A stretch of 64,000 bases of DNA from Amoebidium appalachense (GCA_963693365.1 CAVNZM010000010.1:1612001-1676000); one strand, 5' to 3'; positions 1 through 22,097 are shown, numbered from the stretch's first letter. The notes: generated by a model from the letters alone, not told the origin. A program made the numbers and translations.

Positions 1-150
1 TCAAACACACAATTAAATGACTGAAGCCCGATCCTCCCCTCCCCCCCCCCCCCCCCACCCTTTCTTCCTGTGTGTCTGCGCACGGGCACATGCGAGTGCG
101 TGCGCATGTGTGTGTCTGTGTGTGTAAGGGACAGGAGGGCATGTACATAC

Positions 151-8091
<7,941 letters not shown>

Positions 8092-8335
8092 AGTGGACAA
8101 ACGCCGTCCTTGGAACGTTAAAGGTGGAGTAGTGGAGGGATACGTGCGGGTTGCTCCGAAACAAACTCCTGCTGAATAGGTCGATCATTAGTCACAGACA
8201 GAAAACAAAAGGACGAAAATGGCATGTCTCTGTCTCCGTGTGGGTGTGTTTGTGTGTGTGTTTGTTTTGGCGAGCCGGGGGCGGGAAGGGAGATATGATG
8301 TGTGTGTGTGTGTGTGTGCGCGCACACACGTGTGT

Positions 8336-8366
<31 letters not shown>

Positions 8367-8954
8367 GGGGGGAGAGGGAAAAAGATAACACGTCGGGTAG
8401 AAAGCAGGTGAGGGAAGGGTGTTAAAGAAATGGGGAAAGCGATAGAAGAGCACATGGTTCCAACATAAGAAAAAAAAGATACAAGATACTAATATGTATA
8501 TATATATTAGCAGGCACAGGAAACACCGGAAACCACTACGTGTGTGTGTAAAAGGCAGGGGGGGGGAGTGGGGGGAGCGGGAGGGGGGAGGGGGGAGGGG
8601 GGAGGGGGATGGTTAATGGGAGGAGATTCGGTTGGGGATGGAAGAGAATGGCCAGAGATCTGGGAGAAAAGGTGGTCGAGTGAGCCACAAAACTGTGTCC
8701 GTTCGGGTGCCTACAAACCCCCCCCCCCCCCCCCCCCCCCCCCCCTTCCCCGGGCGCACAACACCCCTCCTCCATCGTCCAAAAAGTGAGATTGACAGTC
8801 AGCGAAGCAGGAAACATTGAAACATTCATCACCTCAACATCAACACATCACCAACAAATTAAATGTACATGGTGGCCAAAACTCCTAAACCTTCTTTGCC
8901 TCCTTTCTGATCTTTCGATAACCCTCTTCTATCGCTCATCACTTAGAATATTTA

Positions 8955-9024
<70 letters not shown>

Positions 9025-9702
9025 CCCTACCCCATCACCCCCAACGCCATCTTGTCCTCCGCCTCCGCCCCCCGTGCCCCTAAGCCCCCTAAGTTTCCGT
9101 TCAACCCCTCAGTACTCCCACCTAATCCCCAAGGCACGAATGCATAGACACGCACACTCACACTCACACACACACACACAGACACACACAGACACACACA
9201 TACAGACACAAATAATCTGGTAAATCACGTTCATTTGCCAGGCAAAGCACATCCTCGAAAAAGCAAGCAAATCTCTGTTGTGTATCACCTGTCCCTTCCA
9301 GGGTCACCAGCGATCGCTTCCACGCACTCGAAAGCAAAACCCTCGCTGTCTGCTTCAACCTGTGAGTTATCCTTGGAAACATCGGTGGGGACTTCTGTGT
9401 GTCTCTAACCTTTTTTTTTTTAAAAAAAAAAAACTTCTTTATACCTGTAACCTGTTTAGTCCTGTTTATACCTTTAACCTGTTTAATAATATCTTCGACC
9501 TGTCTTCCGAAGTGAAGCAAGCACCGTTCGTCAGTTTCGTTTTCCTTGGCCAGCTGAGCCAGAGAGGTGGTTTTGCGTAATTGCCGGCAACAACCGCTTT
9601 CCAATATAATACGACAAAGTTTTAGCGCATTTCTCGTGCGCGTGGTCGCTTACATATCTATCAAGGAATATTCTCAAATATCTCTAATATTCATCCAGCC
9701 AA

Positions 9703-10620
9703 TTTTTTCTTTTGACTCGGTTTTATAGATCCGTTGATGAAGGCAAAGCCACAGGCTCTGCCAATTTGCTCACTGTCTTTATAAAGTTTTTCTTCGTCCA
9801 TGTTTCGAATATGGCCTCCCGTTACTCTTGTGTGCCCCTCCACGGCAACAGCGCGCGGCTCTTCGGGGATTCGATTCCTTTCAGCGTTAATCAGCGTTAA
9901 TTCATCCAGTTTATTTCTCCCAAATTTCGCGGAGTTTCTCGCTTGAGAAGTGGTTTCTTCAACGCCTGGTGGTCCACTGCAACCTATGGTAACTTCTACA
10001 CGCTGTCTACGCTTCTACGCGACCTATTGGCGGTGGGCTGCTGCAACTCCTTCAGCTAGTACTTCTGCGCTGAGTGAGTGGAGGGGCGGCTAGCACTACT
10101 TGGTCGTCGGGGAGCCTCCTTTCCAAGTGACTGCCAGTCCTTAGCCTCCAGTCGTATGGCAATGACCGGGTTTGCTTGCATGCATTCTGTAATTGTGTTT
10201 TTCTGTGTGTCCTGCCACAACTAGGCCACCTTATCAGAGAGCTAGATGCAGTTCTTTCGGGTTACCTAGGGCCGGGCCCGTTGGGATTGTTTTTAAGCTC
10301 AGATTTGGTCTGCATTGCTCTTTTAGAGGCTGACTTGCTTGCTGTGCCTCGGTAGGTTTTGAGGGGGGCCTGTTGGGAAGCAGCAGTAATGATGTCTTCT
10401 TGCGGAGTGTGGTCTGGTCAACATCGATGCATATGACTAGTTGGAGCAAACTAGTTTCACGCATACACGTACACTTGAGGTTTTGCCCGCTGGTGTCCTT
10501 TCAAACTTGTCGGTTTAAATTTCGTAGCTTTGGCTTTTTCAGTTCTATTGGTGGTTATGTAGCCTGTGGCTGCACGTTGCCATTATCAACGGATCAATAA
10601 AACCGAGTCAAAAGAAAAAA
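9703..10620. repeat. Imperfect ~55-bp inverted repeat pair (9703-9757 / 10561-10620) in the PPX1-gene A intergenic region
   Basis: ttttttcttttgactcggttttatagatccgttgat...agccacaggct matches the reverse complement of agcctgtggct...atcaacggatcaataaaaccgagtcaaaagaaaaaa. No TSD seen. Confidence 0.75.
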
Positions 10621-11973
10621 AGTTTTCTAGGGTGTATGATTATTTAAGTCGTTATCTCTTCCGTATCCGAGAGTGAGGGCTTTTGTGTTTTCTTCTCCGA
10701 GATATCGGTGTTATCTCGATGGCTTCTATTTTGCTGAGCATATCAATAAAGTCATTATAAAAATAAAAAAAAGTTTTAATCAAATCTCTAAAGATGTTAT
10801 AAAAACATTTTGAAATAACGTATCATGTACTGCTGTTTCCCCACCTTACGATTACCACCTTGGGGACTGCCAACCTGAAGGCACGTGAAGGTGGTGAAGT
10901 GGGAAGCCTGAGCCTTGGGTTTGTCAGTATCATGGTTCAAGGGTTTTAGATAAAAAAACAGGCAGACTAAGCATAAGTAGTCAACAGGAATACACAAGGC
11001 TCATTGAAAACCATATGCGGTGTCACGTTGTGTTGTAACTTCATGGGAGCAGTCATTACAGGCAAGACTATGGCCTTTGCGCTGGAATGTATGACTCTGC
11101 ATTTTCGTCCATAGGTTTCACGCTTTGTTTCGCATCTGGACATTTTTGACAAGGAAAGGATGGGCCGAGGTTTGGTTTCGTGACCAAACAGACAGAACTG
11201 AAACTGTTGACATAAGAATTAGCAGTCGTGCATCGCCACACGACAAGGAGGACTGAGTGTGGTGGTGGATCCATGGAACATGGCAAGGTGAGGCCGCCAT
11301 GGATTCCTTTACCTTTCTATGTCTTGTGTATGCCATATAACTCTGCAAGTAAACAATGTTTACATCTGGATAGAAAACCCTTAAGTCGAAGAGTGACCAA
11401 AGGAAGGGTGTGGAAAACACATGTAAGGACTGCTCTTGGAATGAAAGAATCGGATCCAGGCAAAACAAACTGTGCATTCAAGATGATGGCAGTGTTTGCG
11501 TTTGCCTGCCTGGTGCTGGTCGTGGGGGAAGGACGAGGAGACGGTGGGAAGGGGAGGGGGAGGAGGGGGGAGGGGGGGGAGGGGGGAGGGGGCACCAGGA
11601 CTCAATGTGAGGGGGGAGTGAGGGGGGGTGGGGAGAGAGCGCGGGGTCGAGGAAGAGACTGAGGAGAGGGCCGGTGGGAGGTGGAAAGAAAAAGTAGACA
11701 GTGCATACGTACGGGGGATGAAATGGGTGCTCAGCAAACTGGCATCTGTAAATAGGTTTGGGATATTGTGCTCTCTACTCCACTGCTCTCTCTCCTGCTG
11801 AAACACTTTCAAGCGCCCACCCCCCCCCCCCCCCCCCCCCCCCCACCCCTCCCTCCCTTCCCGCTCGCCCCCTCCCCCTCCCCTGCTTCTTTATCTTACC
11901 TGCCTCTGTTCTTGCACGAGCACCCTACACCACACATCCCACGTCCCGGGGGTAGACGCTCGTTACGTTACTG

Positions 11974-12068
<95 letters not shown>

Positions 12069-12268
12069 GGGCGGGTGCGCACGCACACGCGCACACACAT
12101 GCCCACGCGCACCTACACGCACACGCACACGCACATGCACATGCACAAACACATAAGCGTGCACGCGCACACACACAGAACACTACCAGAACTACCACAT
12201 CCCAGAAACATTACGGAGAACTCGCCCCACGGAACCAGCACCTATAACCTGAATCTTCTATCACCTCT

Positions 12269-12304
<36 letters not shown>

Positions 12305-12638
12305 CCGCCCTCCACCTCCCCCCACCCACCCCCTCCACTCCTCTCCCCGCCCCTCTCTCTACCCCCCCCCCCCCCCTGGTCCCTCCCCCCGTCTCTTTTT
12401 CTCTCTGTGTCCCTGCCCCCCTCCCACCCTCCCTCCATTCCTCGCTCCCTCGCCTCCCTCCCTCCCTCCCTCCCTCCCTCCCTCCCTCCCTTCCGCCCTG
12501 CCCTCCCCCCCCCTACCCCCTCAACCCCCCCCCCCCCCCTCCCCCCTCTTCCCCCGCCTTTTTTTTTTTTTTTTTTAGTTTTCTTTTGCTGTGGCCTTTA
12601 TCATCTTTTTAGTTCTCACACGATTCTCTTATGTGCAG

Positions 12639-14302
12639 GTCTGGGCATATTGGTGCCCTCGCCCTGTTTCCCAGCACCATCTTTGTCCGCAGGCTATCTT
12701 TGGCACCGGCTGTTGGTTTTCCGGCAAAGGCGAGCTTGCATAGGTCTGCCACGGGTAGGCAGGTAGCGTCGCATCTCCAAAGGCCGGCCGGTAAGTGTGT
12801 GTGGGTTGCTATATGCCATAGTGACGCAGGGTTGACTATATTCTTGTTTTATACACCGAAAGCTAGTGATATAGAATTCGAAAAACTGGATAATGCTGAC
12901 TTGAAACCCTTTTGTTTGCCTAGAGAATCGTCAATCCCGCGTGTATTTTATTTTTAGATAGCTTGCAATCTTCGAGGGGACAAGCATGAAATTTCGTGAT
13001 TTTCCGATGCCTTTATCCTGCTGCCTCTCCAAGGTTCGTGATTTTCCGATGCCTTTATCCTGCTGCCTCTCCAAGGTAACTTTTTTAGAGGGATACCTAC
13101 TGTGCGACCGATCTGCAGCCGCCCCCCTCCCCCCCTCCCCCCCCCCCCCCCCCCCCCCCCCCTTTTTTTTCTCCCCCCCCTAAGCATATATCAAACCCTT
13201 TCTTCCCTCCCAGCCCCGCAAACTCAAACCCACTGAATCTTGTATATCGGCTTCATTCGTTGTTGCACACCTCACCACACCCCCTGTCTCTCAACATTCT
13301 GTGTACCAGCACCTTTTAACCAATGACCACATCAAGCCCTTCACCGTTTTCCTTTTCGTCAACACTCTCCGTCCCTTCAGTCACACCATACTCTGGGTAT
13401 CGCTTTAGTCAAGATGCCTCATATCTCAATGTTTTAATATATCAATATATCTCAAAATATCTCACCGCATTTTGGTACCCGCAGTCACATTCAGCACATC
13501 ATCTTCCAAGCTTCAAAAAGCCAAAAAGGATTGGACCCCAGAGGAGGTGTCCATTCCCTTATATCACCCCCCCCCCCCCCCCCCCCCCTGCCCTCCCCCT
13601 CCCCCACCCACCCCACCCACCCCACCCTGATGCATACTCTGTGTGTGGTTTGCACTGCATACTGTGTTGGCCGTTGTTATAAATGTGTACTCCGTACTCA
13701 ATGACACATCCCGCCCCTTCCCGGGGTTCTGTTTATAATGTATGTTTTTTGTCTTTTCTTTTCAAGATTTCCATTGCGATGCCCCTCATAAATATGTATT
13801 TTGAGCTCTGTAGCACACGTAATCCCCCCCCCCCCCCCCCCCCCCCTTTCCCCCCTCCTCCCACCCCCTCCCCTCTCTCCCCTCCCCCCTGTTCCTCCCT
13901 GCCTGATAACATACTGTCAGCTCCATGATCCTGCTCAGGCATCTGTACATGTTTTTTTGCAGGGTTTTTTTTTTAGGAGAAGAAAGGGCACACGGTGAGG
14001 GAGAGGGGGGAGGGGTGGGGCGTTTTGTTTTTCTGCAGGGGAGAGAGGGGTAGGCGGCGGCGGCGGTGGTTGGGGGGGGGAGAGGAGGAAAGGCAGTTGC
14101 GGTGGTGATGGTGGTGAAAATGTATGTGTGTGTAGAAGAATTGTAGGTGCAGGCGTGTGTTTATTGTTTTTGTTTTTTTTGTTTTTTTTTGCCTTTTTGG
14201 GGGGAGGGGGGGGGGGGGGGGGGTGGGCTGGGTTGGATAGGTAGTCCTCTCTCCAGTGTTCATGCTGTGCGGTTTTCAGGTGGCACAAACTATTTATGCT
14301 TG

Positions 14303-14345
<43 letters not shown>

Positions 14346-14448
14346 CCCACAGACACACGGACCCACACTCCGATACAGACTTAACTGAAGTCGCACGCAC
14401 ACACACACACCCACGGAGACATCAGCAGCATGCACATTCGCGCTAACG

Positions 14449-14484
<36 letters not shown>

Positions 14485-14537
14485 AACGTGTGCCCTCCCC
14501 CCCCCCCCCCCCCCCACACACACACACATGTGTACGC

Positions 14538-14588
<51 letters not shown>

Positions 14589-15476
14589 AAACTTTCAGAC
14601 ACTAACTGCGTGAATAAAACCTCAGGATGTCCTGTTGCGTAATAAGGGACCCACACTTGGGGAAGGGTGGATGCCGGAAAGGACACTTGCGGACTGCATG
14701 AATCGGTATGCTGCACTCATAAAGACACAAAAGGTAGGCCCGTGGTGACTTTTGCCCGTTTTTCTGGTTTGGTTTCCATTCTTTCTTACCTACTTTCTTC
14801 CTCTTTTTTGTGTGCTCTGGGGCCGGGGCAAGGGGGGGGGGGGAGGGGGGGGGGACGGGTGTTGTTTTTTGTGGTAGTGATGTATGTGGTGGGGAAAAGA
14901 GGGAGGGTTGGGGGGATGTAGGGGAAGCATGGTGGAGGGGAGGGGAAACGGGACAGACGAGCTCCAGCATGGGGGGTGGGGAGGGGGGAGGGGGGGAGGC
15001 TACTCTTAGGCAAGAAACACTATAACAAGCAACCGCTACCCGTCCGTTACGAGCAAGATATCCAGACGGACTGTAGGTGATGGTGATGTTTGTGTGTGTG
15101 TGTTTTGGGGGGAGGGGGGGGGGGGTCTTATTACCATATTAGGTGGTTTGCACTCTCGCTTCCATATTAGGAACTCCTCATTTCCATATTAGGAAGTCCT
15201 TGCTGTTATATAGGGGAATTCGCGCTTCCTTATTAGGAAATTCTAAGTTCCACAATAGGAAACGCTCACATCCATGTTAGGAAGCTCTCACTACCATATC
15301 ATTGGAATTCATACTTTCATATTAGGAAATTTCCACTTCCATATCAGGAAATTCCTACTTACTATATTGCGGGGAGTTCTCACTACCATACTATTAAGTC
15401 CTCTCACATCCATATCAGGAAGTAATTGTACTTCCACATTAGGGAAAAGAATCTGCCCGTTAGTAACTAGCCTCCC

Positions 15477-15507
<31 letters not shown>

Positions 15508-16730
15508 AAAAAAAAAAAAAAAAAAGACACCACCCTTGGCCAGTACCAGGGTTACAAATGAGAGCCCAAGTCAAACCCTGTCAACAACTACACTGTCAGA
15601 GAATGCTCATGGTGTGGAATCCGGCCATAAGGTCTCTGCCCCCCCCCCTCCCCCCCTCCCCCCTCCCCCCTCCCCCTCTTCCCCCCTCCCTCTCTCCCCC
15701 GCTTTCCCGGCCTTGCGAGGGTCGAAAATATGTATAGAGGGAGGCAGGCCGGGAGAGGGAGGGAGGGAAGTGGAAAAAAGAGGAGAGTGAAATTAGGGTA
15801 CGCCTGTCGCACATACGATTCCCTTATCCCCCATCCCCACCCCCTCCGCGCTTACCCCCTCCCCCCCCCCCCCTTCCCGACGTGGGCCCCCCCTGAGGAT
15901 GGGCACTGCTAATTATGCATACTCTTTATGTATGGCTTGCATTCTTCATCGTGTTATCCGTTTGTTCTTGTGTACTTCGTACTTTTTGACGCATTCACCC
16001 CCCCCCCCCCCCCCCCCCCCCTGCCCCCCTTCACGGGCCGGCCATCCCCGCCCCTTATTTTCATCATTGTACAATCATGTGTTATAAATGAATATGATCT
16101 GTGATTGGTCGCATGAAGAAAGGATAATATAATTTTTTGAAGGTGCACTCACAATATAGTTGTATGCTACACACAAGAGTGTGGAGTCGGTTACGGCCGA
16201 GACCGTCGTTGGGAAGGCGAAGAAGGCAAAAGCGGAGACCCCAGCGGTGAGAGAGTATAACCCCCCCTTCCCCTCCCCCCTTTCCAAAAAAAAGGAAAAA
16301 AAGAAAAGAAAAGAAAAAAGAAAAAAGAAACAATAAAATAAAGCACTGCATTGTTTTGTCCGCCTTGCATCCTTCTCCGTGGGTTCTGTTCAAAAGTCTT
16401 TTGCGTGCAAAACCCCCCCCCCCCAAAAAAAAAAAAAAAAAAAAAACACCCTCCCTCTTGTTTTTGTTGGTTTGGTTTGGTTTGTGGCTTTTGTTTGTTC
16501 ATGATTTCTTTGCTTTGTCGTGTGATGCCTCCACCTCCGTAATTCCAACCCTCCAATGCATGCATCCAATCCCCCCCCCCCAATCCCCCCCCAACCCCAC
16601 CCCCCTCCCTCCCTCCGCTTAGGATATATTTTTGCTTCAACGAGAAACTTGCACAAACACAAGCAAGCATGCACACACAAACACACACACACTCGCACGC
16701 GCACGCGCATGCACCACACACACACACACA

Positions 16731-16772
<42 letters not shown>

Positions 16773-19229
16773 CTCCCTCCCTCCGTCCCTCCCTCCCTCC
16801 CCCCCCCTCCCCCCCCCCCCCCCCCCCTCCCCCCCTCCCTCCCTCCCTCCCTCCCTCCCTCCCTCCCTCCCTCCCTCCCTCCCTCCCTCTCTCTCTCATT
16901 CTCGTACACACACAAACACACACACACGCACACGCACACACACACACACATGCGCACACACCTTGGATAGCCGATTTGCTCTCGTTTCCGCAGGGGCTGG
17001 GCCTGCACGCACACCTGGGTTTCAACCAGCTTTAAAGCCTGCTCGTATCAATGTGAAAAGGAAAGAAAGAGCTTTACCCTCACATATTATCACCAAAGTT
17101 AGCCCCAAATGTCGGCCCCGCCAATCATACTAAAAAAAAAAAAAAAAAAAAAAAAAAGCAGCATCGCTGGTGGGGCCTCCCAAGGATTCTAATCGAAAAA
17201 TGCCGCAGGTTTTTATTGGCTCGTTCAGATTTCACCATCAATTCCTGCCGGGACATTCCAAGATCTATATGTAACCAATAAAAACCTGCAGCATTTTTGT
17301 TCTAGCAGCTTCTAACCAATGACAACCTGCAGCATTTCGTGATCTAGATGGAATTTCGATACTTTTTAGCGCGAATTGGCATTAGCCGTGGAGCAATAAC
17401 ACCCGTGGCGTTCCATTTTTACTTCGATGACATTTTCGCAAATCTAATTTGTAGAAAACAAAAAAAATACTTTTCCCGAGCTCGGGCGTCTTTAAAGCAA
17501 TTTATACGTACGGCTTGGTTGATAGTTGAGCAGCCTTTTCCCGGTGGCTGAGACTGGCATGATAACCGGGCTTATCAAATATTTAACAATTTTTAAACAT
17601 CCTTTTTATCAGTCCATATCTTAACAAAAAGCCCTCTAATTGGATCCTTGTGAGGCCCCGCCAAGGTGGCTCAAAAATCCCGATAGCCTACATTGTGTAT
17701 GCCATTAGATTACGTCATTCGGATCCGATGTAGTCTTTCGACGCCAATTTGGGGCTACACCAAAGTAGTGTTTCAAGTTGCAGCAAAAATTGCGAATGGG
17801 TGTGGCCGTGAGGATGGAACTGCCCTTTTTGTTCTCTTGCCACACCATTGCACCCGTTCGTTTCATTGCTTTCTTCGTCCTTGGAGGAGAGGGTAAGAGG
17901 TAATGGGGAAAGCCCCCGGGGGGGGGAGAAGGGACGGACGGTGTGTATGTGTGTGTGTGTGTGTTTGGGGTGGAGGGATTAGGATGTGAGGTTGTGAGTG
18001 CAGCACTAGGTGCTTATGGCTACCATTTGTGCATTATCGGGCTGTTGGAGATACAGGGAGCCCGACAGGACACGTAAACCATGGACGCCTGAAGAGGTGA
18101 GCCACAACCCCCCCCCCCTTCACCGTTTTGCTCACCTTGCTTGCATAAGCAACCCTGCTCGTCTTTACTTTCACCGTTTTGCTCACCTTGCTTGCATAAG
18201 CAACCCTGCTCGTCTTTACTTTCACCGTTTTGCTCACCTTGCTTGCATAAGCAACCCTGCTCGTCTTTACTTTCACCGTTTTGCTCACCTTGCTTGCATA
18301 AGCAACCCTGCTCGTCTTTACTTTCACCGTTTTGCTCACCTTGCTTGCATAAGCAACCCTGCTCGTCTTTACTTTCACCGTTTTGCTCACCTTGCTTGCA
18401 TAAGCAACCCTGCTCGTCTTTACTTTCACCGTTTTGCTCACCTTGCTTGCATAAGCAACCCTGCTCGTCTTTACTTTCACCGTTTTGCTCACCTTGCTTG
18501 CATAAGCAACCCTGCTCGTCTTTACTTTCACCGTTTTGCTCACCTTGCTTGCATAAGCAACCCTGCTCGTCTTTACTTTCACCGTTTTGCTCACCTTGCT
18601 TGCATAAGCAACCCTGCTCGTCTTTACTTTCACCGTTTTGCTCACCTTGCTTGCATAAGCAACCCTGCTCGTCTTTACTTTCACCGTTTTGCTCACCTTG
18701 CTTGCATAAGCAACCCTGCTCGTCTTTACTTTCACCGTTTTGCTCACCTTGCTTGCATAAGCAACCCTGCTCGTCTTTACTTTCACCGTTTTGCTCACCT
18801 TGCTTGCATAAGCAACCCTGCTCGTCTTTACTTTCACCGTTTTGCTCACCTTGCTTGCATAAGCAACCCTGCTCGTCTTTACTTTCACCGTTTTGCTCAC
18901 CTTGCTTGCATAAGCAACCCTGCTCGTCTTTACTTTCACCGTTTTGCTCACCTTGCTTGCATAAGCAACCCTGTACGTTTTAATCAAGACGGGTTGACCC
19001 ACCCAAGTTCAGTTGACGCTGCTGTCTGAGTTGGAGTGTCGTATATACGCGGGCTAAGGGGTCGAAACTCAGACACAATTGATGACTTGGGCCCTCCCTG
19101 AGGATGGGCTCTGCTTATGACGCATACTGTGCGCATGGCTGGTGTTGCATTCTTGAATGTTCGCCTTTGTATGTGTCCTGCACCATGCTTCTCATCGTGT
19201 ATGCGTACTTCGTACCGTGTTCCGCATTC

Positions 19230-19282
<53 letters not shown>

Positions 19283-19406
19283 ACCCGCCCGCCAAAGCTC
19301 TTTATACCCCCACGCCCGACCCCCAACCGTATAACACAAACACATTAACCACCCGCACGCTGCCACACACACACGCGTGCACAAACACACGCACACACGC
19401 ACACAT

Positions 19407-19446
<40 letters not shown>

Positions 19447-20014
19447 CTACCTCCGACCTACATGGTTCTATCCATGTCCCAATTTTTGACTACATTGCAC
19501 GGGTGCGAATGTCGCATATCCCCCCCCCCCCCCCCCCTGCCCCTCCGACCCAATCCCTCTCCCCCCTCTCCCTGGGCTGGCTCTCCCCTCCTCCTATGCT
19601 CAATTTTGTACAACTATACTATAGCACATGTGTGTCATGAATGTGATAATTCATCATTGATCGCATGTTGAAAGCCTTAGTGTTTTTTTTTCAACGTACT
19701 CACAATGTAGTTGAATGCTCCACAAGTCGGGCACGGCAGAGATCATTGACGGGAAGAATAAGGAGGTGAAAGCCAAGAGGAGAAAAACAGAGGAGACCCC
19801 GGCGGTTGCAGAGTATCCCCCCCCCCCCCCCCCCCCTTCTCTCCTCCCCGAATGATGGACTCTGTTCAAGAGTCTTCTGCCTGTGCCTTTTTCGTTTTCC
19901 TTTTTTTTAGTTTCTTTTCTTTGGTTTCTGGTTTTTGTTTTTTTTGACGTTTTGTGTTTGGTCGTTTGATGTCTCCACCTCCATGATTGAACCCTTCAAT
20001 GAATACATCCCTTC

Positions 20015-20054
<40 letters not shown>

Positions 20055-20184
20055 TTCCAGAATACGTTGCTACTTGAGAGAGAAACTTGTATGTTCACAA
20101 CCGAGCATGGACAAGCACTTGCACTTGCACAAGGAAGAATGCACACACGTACAGACTCAACACACTGGCGCGCGCACGCGCGCG

Positions 20185-20274
<90 letters not shown>

Positions 20275-20345
20275 CACACACATGCACACACATGCACACA
20301 CATACACCACACACACGCACACGCACACACCACACACACACAACA

Positions 20346-20403
<58 letters not shown>

Positions 20404-21114
20404 ACACACGCACGTGCGCGCACACACACAAACACTCGCACACACATACACACCACACACACACACACACACTTACTTACATACACACACTCACACTCAC
20501 ACACTCACGAACACGCACGCGCGTGCACACTCACACTCACACACACTCTCTCACACTCTGACATTTACACTCACAGACACACTCACTCACACGCCCCCAT
20601 GCACGTGCACACATCTATACAGTACATATAAGCACACACTCACCATCATACATCCCCACACCAGCACCTACGCACATACACTCACATACACAGGCAAGAA
20701 AAACACACATACGCAGGCAAGAAAACACACACGCGCGCGCGCGTGCGCACCACATGCACCGCACCCGCGCGCGCGCGCACACACACACACACACACACGC
20801 ACTGGACTGCCCATTCGCTCTTACTCCTGAAGGGGTCGGACTTGCAAGCACACAGCTTTTAAATCAGTCCCCACACGCCGCTGGTATCAATGTGTAAGGC
20901 AATGAAGAGGTTTCACTCGCATACATTATCACAATATGTTCAATTTACAGCAAAAATGGTGAATGGGTGTGACTGGAGGATGGAACTGCCCTTTTTGTTC
21001 CATTACCGTGCCATTGCACCCGTTCGTTTCATTGCTTTCCTCCTCCATGCAGGAGAGTGTAAGAGGCAAGGGAGGGGGAAAACCCCAGGGGGGAAAAGGG
21101 AGCGATGGTGTGTA

Positions 21115-21192
<78 letters not shown>

Positions 21193-22045
21193 GTGGGGGG
21201 GGGGGGTTTGGAGGATAGGAAGGGAGGTGATGAGGGTAGCTCTTTATGCCTATGGTAACAATTTGTGCATTTTCCGGCTGTTGGTGATTAGGAAGCCGGA
21301 CAAGATACTTAAATTATGGACGGCTGAAGAGGTAAACCCTCCCCCCCCACCCCTCCCCCAGCGCGGGTTTTCCTTAATTGTAGGCTCTCCTTATGACGCA
21401 TTATCTGTGTGTGCTTTGCAGTTATTGTGTTGTCCGTCGTGAATGTGTACTTCGTATACTGTAGCCCATGCTGACCCCATCCCCCTCCTCTCCCTCCCTC
21501 CCTCCCTCCCTCCCTCCCTCCCTCCCTCCCTCCCTCCCTCCCTCCCTCCCTCCCTCCCTCCCTCCCTCGTCCTCTCCCTCCCTCACCCCCTCTTCCTCTC
21601 CCACTCCCTCTCTCTCCCCCCCCCCTCTCTCCCTCCACCCCTCCCCAACATTTTAATTCTTCAATTCCTCCCTCCCTCTCTCCCTCTCTTCGTCTCTCTC
21701 TCTCGCCACCTCTTTCTCTCTCCCTCCCTCCCTCCCTATCTCTCTCCCTCCCCCCCACCCTCCCTCCCCCTCTCCCCCTCCCCCTCCCCCCTCCCCTCTC
21801 TCTCTCTCCCTCTCCCTTACTCTTCCGATCTTCTCTATCTAGTTAAGGAGTTGTCGAGTTTTTGCGGAAGCCCAAATTATGCTCCACTCATCTTCATAGT
21901 TTTTCTTTTTTTCCTGCCTGCTTGCATGTGCTTTGGGTTTTGTGTTATTTCGTTTTCTTTGCTTCCATGGCTGCCACCCCTTAAAGCCTTGAGTTCACGA
22001 GCTTATGCACATGTGATTGCCTTTTTAGGGAGGCGAGTGTGTGTG

Positions 22046-22097
<52 letters not shown>

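Larger units (their letters stand above)
15880..21340 (+). repeat. Two diverged tandem copies of a ~2-3 kb exon-intron module (~15880-18100 and ~19090-21340), with partial further copies near 21380 and 24080-24240
   Basis: Homologous blocks: ccctgaggatgggc (15891/19096); the ETPAV exon (16235/19794); catattatcac (17083/20922); gaggatggaactgccctttttgttc (~17810/~20976); the WT.EE exon (18057/21292). Confidence 0.8.

Noticed and set aside
8770-9604. Minus-strand ORFs upstream of PPX1
   Set aside because: No recognisable motif, and no consistent splice chain could be built.
10967-11477. Overlapping minus-strand ORFs in complex DNA
   Set aside because: No recognisable domain. Possibly a gene relic, but unsupported.
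15134-15445. CRISPR-like repeat-spacer array
   Set aside because: The period is only 22 bp and the linkers are related to each other.
18118-18972. CRISPR array
   Set aside because: Units are contiguous and identical with no spacers, there are no cas genes, and the context is eukaryotic.
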